Part shown: positions 28,228 through 36,031 of the stretch, piece after piece
Numbering within the stretch: the stretch's first letter is position 1
How the letters are laid out: every line of letters begins with the position of its first letter
Assembly: GCA_027451825.1 (NCBI GenBank)
Contig: DAIDHZ010000001.1
Coordinates: 96,745 to 160,744, forward strand
DNA: 64,000 nt
Direction of reading: 5' to 3'
Origin: Chlamydiota bacterium
GTDB taxonomy: Bacteria; Chlamydiota; Chlamydiia; Chlamydiales; SM23-39
Made by a program: the position numbers and the translations under genes
Notes under the pieces: model-generated
The model's input: only the letters and a program-made list of their open reading frames with translations
Database searches by the model: none
Told to the model about the DNA's origin: nothing

Positions 28228-29699
28228 AAAAACCCATTCTCTTTTTAACTTTCATTCTCAGCGGATGCATGGTAGGCCCCAACTATACGCCTCCCCAAAC
28301 CGACATTCCGGATCTTTGGACGCAACAAAAGGAAGGAATCGATACAACAGAAAATATCATCATCTCCTGGTGGGACGTCTTTCAAGATCCCCTTCTTTCC
28401 AAATATATAAAAGAAGCCGAAGAGAAAAACTACGATCTTCAAAAAGCAGAGGCAAATATTTTGCAAGCAAGAGCCATCCGCCAAATCGCAGCATCCAGTT
28501 TATTTCCTCAAATCTCCGCAGATGTAGATGGCTTTAAAACCTATTTTAGTAAAAATGGCCCCGTCTTTGCGATTGGTCCTGCAGCAGGAAATTCAACAAT
28601 CGTTCCATCTGCCACAACAGGACTTCCTTTCCAACTACAAATCCCTCAAATTCAAAACCTTTTCAACGCCCTTTTCGATGCAAGCTGGGAGCTTGATCTT
28701 TTTGGGAAAACAAGAAGAGCCATCGAACAGGCAGATGCGATGATCGGAAGCTCAATGGAACAAAAAAACGATCTTCTCATTTCCATTTTTTCAGAAATTG
28801 CGATCAATTACATAGAGCTCAGAAGCGCCCAAGAAAAACAAAGACTTCTTCAAGAGGAAGTCCGCATCCTCAAAGAAAAAGAAAAAATCATCGAAAAATC
28901 GTGGAGCTCCGGCTATAAAAATCGATCGGATGTCGAAGCCATTCAAAGAGATGTTGCAAACATGGAAGCTCTCATTCCAGAGAGCCTCCAAGAAATTTAC
29001 AAAAGCATCTATACTCTTTCCATTTTAACAGGAAATCTTCCAGAAACTCTCTTTGATGAATTGATCCAAAAAAAACCACTACCCTGCATCCCTGAGAAAA
29101 TCGCCGTTGGCCTGCGCTCCGATTTGCTACGAAGAAGACCCGATATCCGCAAAGCCGAAAGAGAGCTCGCCGCTGCAACAGCAGGCGTTGGCATTGCTGT
29201 CGCCGCATTCTTTCCCGTCATCACTTTGAGCAGTTTCGGGGGATTCCAATCCTTACAGCTTCCCAAACTTTTAGAATGGGACAGTAAAACCTGGGGCTAT
29301 GGCGCCGATATCAATATGCCTCTCTACCAAGGTGGAAAAACTGTAGGATACCTACGCCTTTCCAGAGCCATTGAATCACAGGCAGCATCTTCTTATCAGC
29401 AAACCGTACTCAATGCTCTTCAAGAAAGCGAAACGTTTCTCTCCAACTACGAACAGCTATTAAACACCCATTCCTTTCTAAACCAAGGCCTTACAAATAC
29501 CAAAAACATCGTTTCCATTGCCTCTGAACAGTTCAATAAAGGCCTCGCCACAAAACTTCAACTTCTCACTGTAGAAGAAAGATACATTCAAGATCTCCTT
29601 TCTCTTTTAAATAACGACACAAACACTCTCACAACTCTCATCTCTCTTTACAAATCTCTCGGGGGCGGCTGGGAAAAAGAAGACCCGCAATCACTATAA
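28224..29699 (+). CDS. Outer membrane efflux lipoprotein (TolC/OprM family)
   Basis: Lipobox LTFILSGC after the ATG at 28224 (the ORF-track start at 28050 is upstream and overlaps the permease). Two-repeat OEP architecture, about 491 aa. Confidence 0.75.
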   Translation: MKKPILFLTFILSGCMVGPNYTPPQTDIPDLWTQQKEGIDTTENIIISWWDVFQDPLLSKYIKEAEEKNYDLQKAEANILQARAIRQIAASSLFPQISADVDGFKTYFSKNGPVFAIGPAAGNSTIVPSATTGLPFQLQIPQIQNLFNALFDASWELDLFGKTRRAIEQADAMIGSSMEQKNDLLISIFSEIAINYIELRSAQEKQRLLQEEVRILKEKEKIIEKSWSSGYKNRSDVEAIQRDVANMEALIPESLQEIYKSIYTLSILTGNLPETLFDELIQKKPLPCIPEKIAVGLRSDLLRRRPDIRKAERELAAATAGVGIAVAAFFPVITLSSFGGFQSLQLPKLLEWDSKTWGYGADINMPLYQGGKTVGYLRLSRAIESQAASSYQQTVLNALQESETFLSNYEQLLNTHSFLNQGLTNTKNIVSIASEQFNKGLATKLQLLTVEERYIQDLLSLLNNDTNTLTTLISLYKSLGGGWEKEDPQSL

Positions 29700-29790
29700 A
29701 AATAATTTTAAAAAAATTAATTAAAATTTAATTTATTATTTAAATTAAATATAGATAATTGTAAAATAATATAAAAACATTATAGTAATA

Positions 29791-30753
29791 ATGATTAGAT
29801 CAGCATTCTCCCGCCCTCTGACGGCCGCGCAGAACAAATTCGCAGCACAACAATGGACCTACCGCTCAGACCATTTACCCGTATTTGGCAGAGTGAATGA
29901 CTGTCTTTTTGGCACTGAAAACACGCTCAATAATGCATTCATCCATCACGTCGAAGAAATACCTTTTTGGCGAGATTCCGACTTAGTTCGCACAAGCAAA
30001 CTTCCCTCCGCTCTTTATCCTGCAATATCAAAAAGAGAAGAACAAGTTCTCCAGAATCTACAACGACTTTTTTTAGAAGAAGCAAGCATGGATGTTCTCT
30101 CCGTACAAGAATGTTCGGATCGTATGGCCTCATTATTCAAAGAAACATTAGAGCCTGAAGTTGCCGTGATCGTAGGAAATGGAAATCGAAACAATCATGT
30201 AGTTACTTTTTTTAAAAAAGCCAATTTTTCTATTGAAGATCTAAAAGTTCTTCCTATTTTCAGACGTCATATTCCTCGTCTTGGGGGTCTTGTTTGGGAT
30301 GAGTGGCGCCCCTCTATCGATATCACCTTAACATCCAAAAAATCTCCATTTTCTACAGAAAAAATACGATTTCTCAATCTTCATATTTCTTCCGCAGGAG
30401 AATCTGACGAATACAAAAAAGCCAGGTTGCAAGAAGTTCGTACCTATTCTGATTTTCATTCCGGCAAAATACCTTTCATTCTTTGTGGAGATTTCAATGC
30501 AAGAGAAGAATTGATGGAACCTGAGTTTGGAGATAAATATCAAAGCATCCGATCGCATCCTACTCAAATCGAATGCATCCCAAAAGACGATCCCCACCTT
30601 GTGGCTGTTGATGACTTAAGAGTTTATGTTCCTGAAGAGTCCAAATACATCATCGAACAATCGTCGATTCCTCTAAGTAAAGCAGATCCTCAAGCCGACG
30701 ACACATTTCAAAGAGTTTTCAAACCCCTTATCGATGGCCTTGAGATGAAGTAA
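29791..30753 (+). CDS. Hypothetical protein with endonuclease/exonuclease/phosphatase (EEP)-like motifs in apparently permuted order
   Basis: Contains RSDHLPVFGRV (EEP C-terminal signature) near the N-terminus, then SVQEC (LQE-like) and ILCGDFNA (GDxN motif) further downstream. Confidence 0.4.
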   Translation: MIRSAFSRPLTAAQNKFAAQQWTYRSDHLPVFGRVNDCLFGTENTLNNAFIHHVEEIPFWRDSDLVRTSKLPSALYPAISKREEQVLQNLQRLFLEEASMDVLSVQECSDRMASLFKETLEPEVAVIVGNGNRNNHVVTFFKKANFSIEDLKVLPIFRRHIPRLGGLVWDEWRPSIDITLTSKKSPFSTEKIRFLNLHISSAGESDEYKKARLQEVRTYSDFHSGKIPFILCGDFNAREELMEPEFGDKYQSIRSHPTQIECIPKDDPHLVAVDDLRVYVPEESKYIIEQSSIPLSKADPQADDTFQRVFKPLIDGLEMK

Positions 30754-30762
30754 AAAATCGAG

Positions 30763-30790
30763 CAAGCCTTAGAAGGCTTTGCTCGATCCC
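30763..30790. terminator. Bidirectional hairpin gagcaagcc-ttagaa-ggctttgctc between convergent genes
   Basis: 9-bp perfect stem between the stop of 29791..30753 (+) and the stop of 30844..31029 (-). Confidence 0.5.
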
Positions 30791-30843
30791 TATCAAAAAA
30801 ATCTTGGACGTATATTTCAACTAAAAAGCGTCGAAAATAGCAA

Positions 30844-31029
30844 TTACTCTTGAGCCATAATTGATGCAACTGCTGAAGACTTACGAGCTTTTCGTTTTGT
30901 TTTACGAGCAGTTTTTCTTTTTGTTGCTTTTCTTTTTGTCGCTTTTCTACGAGTTGCTTTACGAGCAGTAGATCTTCTTTTTGTTGCTTTTTTAGCTTTT
31001 CTTTTTGTTGCTTTTCTTCGTTTAACCAT
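30844..31029 (-). CDS. Histone H1-like basic nucleoid protein (chlamydial Hc2/HctB-like), 61 aa
   Basis: Almost entirely K/R/A/T repeats (RKATRRKATKRKATKRK), strong SD (aggagg) 6 nt upstream, encoded by tandem DNA repeats. Confidence 0.55.
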   Translation of the reverse strand: MVKRRKATKRKAKKATKRRSTARKATRRKATKRKATKRKTARKTKRKARKSSAVASIMAQE

Positions 31030-31470
31030 TTTTTTTCCTCCTTATGGTGTAAAGAGCTTTGGAAATTCAGGATCTGTCTTAAAATCTTTTCGTTTTCACT
31101 TTTTTTAGATCTTCAAACCCGGCGGAACCCTTCCGCCATTCCTTACACGCTTTACAATTTTAAATATACTTTTTCTAATAAATAATTACAAACACCTTAT
31201 TGTTATTATCTTTCATTTCAAACAAAATCAATTTAATTAAAATTGCCTTCAAAACATATTCTGAGGGCATTTTTCAGAGAACTCAAGCAACGCAAAAAAA
31301 AATTTAAAAAATATTTTTTTTAACAAAAAAAACGAATAAAAATCTCAAAACATTAACAATCAATAAATTAAAGAAATCAATAAAACTACAAACCACTCAA
31401 TATAAAAGACATAAAAATGTTTAAAAAAAACATTTTAAATATATGAAAAAATGATTATAAATCAAAAAAT

Positions 31471-32259
31471 ATGGAATTTTTATTTCTTATTTTCATTGGA
31501 TTACTGACAGGAATTTTATCCGGACTTTTAGGAATCGGCGGCGGAATTATTACAGTTCCCGCGCTCTACTATCTTCTTGAATCGTACCACGGAACTTCAC
31601 CGTATTTAATGCATATCTGCGTTGCAACCGCTTTAGCATCCACCTTATTTACTTCGTCAGGAACCTCATGGTCTCATTACAAAAAAAAAGCAATTTCGGC
31701 TCATTCATTAAAAATTTTGGTTCCGGGGCTTCTTGCCGGATGTATTTTAGGCGCATTTGCAACGTTAATTCTTCCAAGCTCTTTCTTAAGAATCATTTTC
31801 GGTTGTATGTCTTTTGTGCTCGCCATCTATTTCTTTTTTCCGAATCTTCCGCAATTTGAAATCGCTCCTCATCCCAATAAATCTCTTTCCTTCATCGGCA
31901 TATTGGTAGGATGCCTTTCCACTTTATTAGGCGTTGGCGGCGGCATTTTTATGGTTCCCGTTCTCTTGGGTTATCATGTACCTTTAAGAAATACAATTGC
32001 CACATCTTCCGTCGGAACACTAACCACTGCCATTATGGGAACTTTAATCTATTTGTGGATTGCAAAAAGTTCTACGCATCAAATCCCTTTTACCTTAGGA
32101 TTTATCGACCTTCCGGCGATGCTGCTGATTGGACTTTGCTCTTTAGCGACAACCGCGTGGGGCGCTCACTTAGCGCATACGCTCCCTCACACCCTCATTA
32201 AACGGATTTTTGCGCTTGCTCTTATGGGGACTGGATTTACAATGATTTTTAAACCTTAA
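31471..32259 (+). CDS. TSUP/TauE-SafE family membrane transporter (DUF81)
   Basis: 262 aa. Duplicated 4-TM halves each with a GIGGGI(I/F)xVP motif (GIGGGIITVPALY and GVGGGIFMVPVLL). Confidence 0.8.
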   Translation: MEFLFLIFIGLLTGILSGLLGIGGGIITVPALYYLLESYHGTSPYLMHICVATALASTLFTSSGTSWSHYKKKAISAHSLKILVPGLLAGCILGAFATLILPSSFLRIIFGCMSFVLAIYFFFPNLPQFEIAPHPNKSLSFIGILVGCLSTLLGVGGGIFMVPVLLGYHVPLRNTIATSSVGTLTTAIMGTLIYLWIAKSSTHQIPFTLGFIDLPAMLLIGLCSLATTAWGAHLAHTLPHTLIKRIFALALMGTGFTMIFKP

Positions 32260-32265
32260 ATCAAA

Positions 32266-32447
32266 GAGCCAATTGCAAAACTGCTTTACCCGGAAAAATC
32301 GATAATTTTGAGGCAAGTTAAGAGGGCAAGCAAGCTTGCCCGTTTCACTTTGACGAACCCAACCCCTAGTGGGTTGGGTAAGGAGAGTGAACTTAAATGG
32401 CCCCAAAAGGACGATTTTAACGGGTAAATGAGTTTTGCAATTGGCTC
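32266..32447. other. Structured element about 180 nt, 26-bp closing inverted repeat plus two internal GC hairpins
   Basis: gagccaattgcaaaactgctttacccg ... cgggtaaatgagttttgcaattggctc, with internal hairpins gggcaagc-aagc-ttgccc and cccaacccc-tagt-gggttggg. Located between the tauE stop and the tpx promoter. Confidence 0.35.
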
Positions 32448-32741
32448 CAAAGTTAATCCCAACGCCGGCTTCGCTTCTTGGAAGAAACTTTTTCTTTTTT
32501 CAGTTGAAAATCGATTTCAGCATCTTCAAACCAATGAACAAGAGCCTGATAGATCATTTTCCCTTGGCGCAGGATAAATTCATCATGCTCAGAGGTCACA
32601 ACCCAAACATAGCCGCCAAGAAAAATAAGCATCCAAAGCAATTTACGCATACTTATTTTACAAGTATCATTTATTGAGCTATTGCACAATTGCAAAAAAA
32701 GGGATATATTTTCTTCTTTTCAATTTTCTAAAGGAGAAATC

Positions 32742-33257
32742 ATGACTCAAACCCACTTTAAAGGAAAACCGATCCAAACCACTGGTCATCTTCCTCAAAT
32801 CCATACAAAAGCGCCTGTCTTCCAATTAACGGACAAAGATCTCAACAATCACTCCCTTTCAGAGTTTCAAGGCAAAAGAAAAATTTTGGCAACCGTTCCA
32901 AGTCTTGATACGGGCGTATGCGCAACCATGACCAAACACATCAATGAATTTGCGAAAAAACATCCAGACTTTATCTTTATCATTGTGTCATGCGATCTTC
33001 CATTTGCTCAAAAACGATTCTGCGAAGCTGAAAATGTCCATAACGTAAAAACTCTTTCCATGATGAGAGATAAAGAATTTGGGAAAGCATACGGTCTTCT
33101 GATGCAAGACGGCCCGCTTGCAGGCCTACTTGCCCGATCGCTCATCGTCTTGGATGAAAAAGACAATGTTCTCTATGTAGAATTAGTCTCGGAAATAACG
33201 CAAGAGCCCAACTATCATAAAGCTTTTGAAGTTCTTCAAGGTCACGCTAAAAAATGA
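32742..33257 (+). CDS. tpx: Thiol peroxidase (atypical 2-Cys peroxiredoxin)
   Basis: SLDTGVCATMTKHINEF peroxidatic Cys motif and a resolving Cys in VSCDLPFAQKRFC. SD aaggag 6 nt upstream of the ATG at 32742. Confidence 0.85.
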   Translation: MTQTHFKGKPIQTTGHLPQIHTKAPVFQLTDKDLNNHSLSEFQGKRKILATVPSLDTGVCATMTKHINEFAKKHPDFIFIIVSCDLPFAQKRFCEAENVHNVKTLSMMRDKEFGKAYGLLMQDGPLAGLLARSLIVLDEKDNVLYVELVSEITQEPNYHKAFEVLQGHAKK

Positions 33258-34639
33258 CAGAAGAACCCTCTCTTGTTTTTGTATCACTCAAAAGCCTTGA
33301 GACACCAAAAGAGATTCCATCCCATTATGGGATGGAACTTCGTTTAGATCTCATCCATAATTCTCTGACAGAAGTCGCCTCTTTCATTCAAACATCCAAA
33401 CATCCCATCTTGCTCACTCTCAGAAGTGTCTCTCACGGGGGGAAATGCGCTCTTTCAGCAAAAGAGAGAGAAGATTTTTTAGAAAAAATGATCCAGCTCA
33501 ATCCTTCATTTTGCGATCTTGAATGCGATCTAGACCCTCTTTTTTTGAAAAAAACCATCCAAAATCACCCTCAGATAAAATTCATTCTTTCCTATCATAA
33601 CACTCAAGAAACGCCTCCTGATCTCGAAACCATGTATCAAAACATGGCTCTCTATCCGGCGTATCACTATAAAATCGCCGCACAGCCGCAAAGCTTATCT
33701 GATGTTCTTCGCATGCTCGAGATCGCAAGTAAACATCCCAAACTCAGCACCATCTCCATGGGAGAAAAAGGATCGTTTTCTCGTATTTTCAGCGCTTTTT
33801 CAAAAGGCAAAATTCAATTTGCTTGCGTAAATGATGAAAACGCAGTTAGCACAGGCCAAATTGCCTACCAAGACCTTCACCATCTCTATCGCTATAGCGA
33901 CCTCTCTTCAAATACGTCTATCTTTGCCCTCATCGGAGATCCTGTCAGTAAAAGCCAAGGACACATCTACCACAACCGCCTTTTTATCCAAAAAAATCAA
34001 GACGCCGTCTATCTCAAAATCCCACTTCAAGAAGAAGAACTTCCTCTTTTCTTTGACTTTGTCAAAAAAATGCCTTTTAAAGGAATCAGCGTCACTATGC
34101 CTCTCAAAGAAAAAATAGCCCCTTTTCTCGATAACATAGATCCTGAATGCCTCAAGACACAAGCAATCAACACCATTGTTGTTCAAGATCAAAAACTCAT
34201 TGGGAAAAATACCGATGGACAAGGAGCTCTTCAAGCCATCCAACAAAAAGGATCTATTGAAGGGAAAAAAATGATCATCTTAGGCGCTGGAGGCTCTAGC
34301 AAAGCAATTGCCTTGTCTCTCATCAAAGCAGGTGGAATTGTCACTATTTTAAATCGAACCAAAGAAAAGGCAATCAAGACAGCTCTTTCCTTAGGCTGCC
34401 AAGCCGGCTCTTTAAATGACATTCCCAACGACTACGATATCCTCATCAACTGCACTTCAGATGAGCTTCCCATTGATCCATCAAAGATCATCCCCGGCTC
34501 CATCGTCATGGATATCACCTACGTTCCAAAAGAAACCAAAATCCTCAAAGAAGCTCTTCAAAAAAACTGCAAGATCATCTACGGAGAAGAGATGTTTTTC
34601 AATCAAGCAAACCTTCAAAGACTCCTCTGGTCAGTATGA
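33254..34639 (+). CDS. aroDE: Bifunctional 3-dehydroquinate dehydratase (type I) / shikimate dehydrogenase
   Basis: 461 aa. N-terminal type-I DHQase-like half. The C-terminal half carries the NADP-binding GAGGSSKAIALSL motif and shikimate-DH motifs (TMPLKEK). Confidence 0.8.
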   Translation: MTEEPSLVFVSLKSLETPKEIPSHYGMELRLDLIHNSLTEVASFIQTSKHPILLTLRSVSHGGKCALSAKEREDFLEKMIQLNPSFCDLECDLDPLFLKKTIQNHPQIKFILSYHNTQETPPDLETMYQNMALYPAYHYKIAAQPQSLSDVLRMLEIASKHPKLSTISMGEKGSFSRIFSAFSKGKIQFACVNDENAVSTGQIAYQDLHHLYRYSDLSSNTSIFALIGDPVSKSQGHIYHNRLFIQKNQDAVYLKIPLQEEELPLFFDFVKKMPFKGISVTMPLKEKIAPFLDNIDPECLKTQAINTIVVQDQKLIGKNTDGQGALQAIQQKGSIEGKKMIILGAGGSSKAIALSLIKAGGIVTILNRTKEKAIKTALSLGCQAGSLNDIPNDYDILINCTSDELPIDPSKIIPGSIVMDITYVPKETKILKEALQKNCKIIYGEEMFFNQANLQRLLWSV

Positions 34640-35640
34640 TTATCTTGCCTTCAAGACAAACAAAAACCACGCTCCATTTTGGAGAAAATTTCATAGATGC
34701 CTCTTTATTAAAAAAACTCTCTCAAAATACAAAAATCGTCATCATTGCAGATACATACTTTGAATCCTTTGTCAAAGAATTGCAATTTCCCTTTTTAATT
34801 ATAGAAGGTGGAGAGATTGCCAAAACCCAAAAGAAAAAAGAAGAAATCGAAACGTTTCTTTTCAAAGAAAAATGCGGCAAAGACACGACCCTCATCGCTC
34901 TTGGTGGAGGAACCATCACGGATCTTGTTGCCTTCACTGCATCCACTTACATGCGTGGCATTCCTCTCATCCTCATCCCGACAACGCTTCTTGCCATGGT
35001 CGATGCTGCGATCGGAGGGAAAACATCCATCAATACACCCTTTGGGAAAAATCTTTTAGGAACCTATTACTCTCCCAATGCGATCCTTTGCGACTTTCAA
35101 TTCCTCAAAACATTATCTCCAAAAGAATGGCAAAATGGCGTTTCTGAAATCCTCAAAATGGGACTCATTCGCGATCCTTCTCTCTATCAGACTCAAATAA
35201 CCCAAGAAATCATCCAAAAAGCGATTTTACGAAAAATAGAGATTGTCAATCAGGATCCTTATGATCAAGGATTTCGAAAAATCCTAAACTTTGGACATAC
35301 CGTTGGACATGCACTGGAAACCGTTTCCAAGTACACTCTTTCTCATGGAGAAGCCGTTGCCATCGGAGGTCTCATCGAGTCGCATCTCAGTATGGATCTT
35401 GGATTTTTAAGCGCATCTGATTTTCAAGAAATCAAAAAAATGTTCTCTTTAGACGTGATCAACTATCCATCTCAAAAAATCATTGAAGCCATGCGTCTTG
35501 ATAAAAAAAATCAAAATCAAGAAATTCACATTGTACTGATCGATCGGATTGGCCATGCTCTGGAATTTGAAGGAAAATATACAAAATCTGTTTCCGAACA
35601 AGAACTCTTAAACACCTTAAAACATTATGCTATCTCTTGA
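34636..35640 (+). CDS. aroB: 3-dehydroquinate synthase
   Basis: LGGGTITDLVAFTASTYMRGIPLILIPTTLLAMVDAAIGGKTSIN (NAD and metal-binding motifs of DHQS). 334 aa. Confidence 0.85.
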   Translation: MIILPSRQTKTTLHFGENFIDASLLKKLSQNTKIVIIADTYFESFVKELQFPFLIIEGGEIAKTQKKKEEIETFLFKEKCGKDTTLIALGGGTITDLVAFTASTYMRGIPLILIPTTLLAMVDAAIGGKTSINTPFGKNLLGTYYSPNAILCDFQFLKTLSPKEWQNGVSEILKMGLIRDPSLYQTQITQEIIQKAILRKIEIVNQDPYDQGFRKILNFGHTVGHALETVSKYTLSHGEAVAIGGLIESHLSMDLGFLSASDFQEIKKMFSLDVINYPSQKIIEAMRLDKKNQNQEIHIVLIDRIGHALEFEGKYTKSVSEQELLNTLKHYAIS

Positions 35641-36031
35641 ATTTTATCAGAGATTCGATGTGGTTCAAATTGCCAAAGATCTCATTGGGACGTATCTTTT
35701 TACAAAAATAGGAGATATTATCACTTCCGGGATGATCATTGAAACTGAAAGCTATGGCGGCGTCACCGATCGAGCCTCTCACGCCTTTAACGATCGAAGA
35801 ACCAAAAGAACAGAAACGATGTACCAAAGAGGGGGCATTGCCTATGTCTACACATATAATGGTCAATCTCTACATTCCGACTCTCTTTGGATTGAAAAAA
35901 GAAAAAAGCCGACCCCTGAATCTCTGATTGAAGCAGGGCCTCGGGTCGGCGTCGAATACGCCAAAGAAGATGCTCTTCTTCCCTGGCGCTTTTGTTTAAG
36001 AAATGAAAACTTATTTCCTTGCACGTGGTAA
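35627..36031 (+). CDS. mpg: DNA-3-methyladenine glycosylase (Mpg/AAG family), internally shortened (134 aa vs about 190-200)
   Basis: N-terminal ...IETESYGGVTDRASHAFN (ETEAYxGxxDxASHA signature) and C-terminal LWIEKRKK...AGPRVGVEYAKEDALLPWRF match the AAG family, but about 60 residues between YVYTYNG and LWIE are absent. Possibly non-functional. Confidence 0.6.
   Translation: MLSLEFYQRFDVVQIAKDLIGTYLFTKIGDIITSGMIIETESYGGVTDRASHAFNDRRTKRTETMYQRGGIAYVYTYNGQSLHSDSLWIEKRKKPTPESLIEAGPRVGVEYAKEDALLPWRFCLRNENLFPCTW

Noticed and set aside
32453-32650. Small minus-strand ORF with one TM helix between tauE and tpx
   Set aside because: Short, overlaps the tpx promoter and the structured element, and has no homology signal. 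Not reported as a gene.
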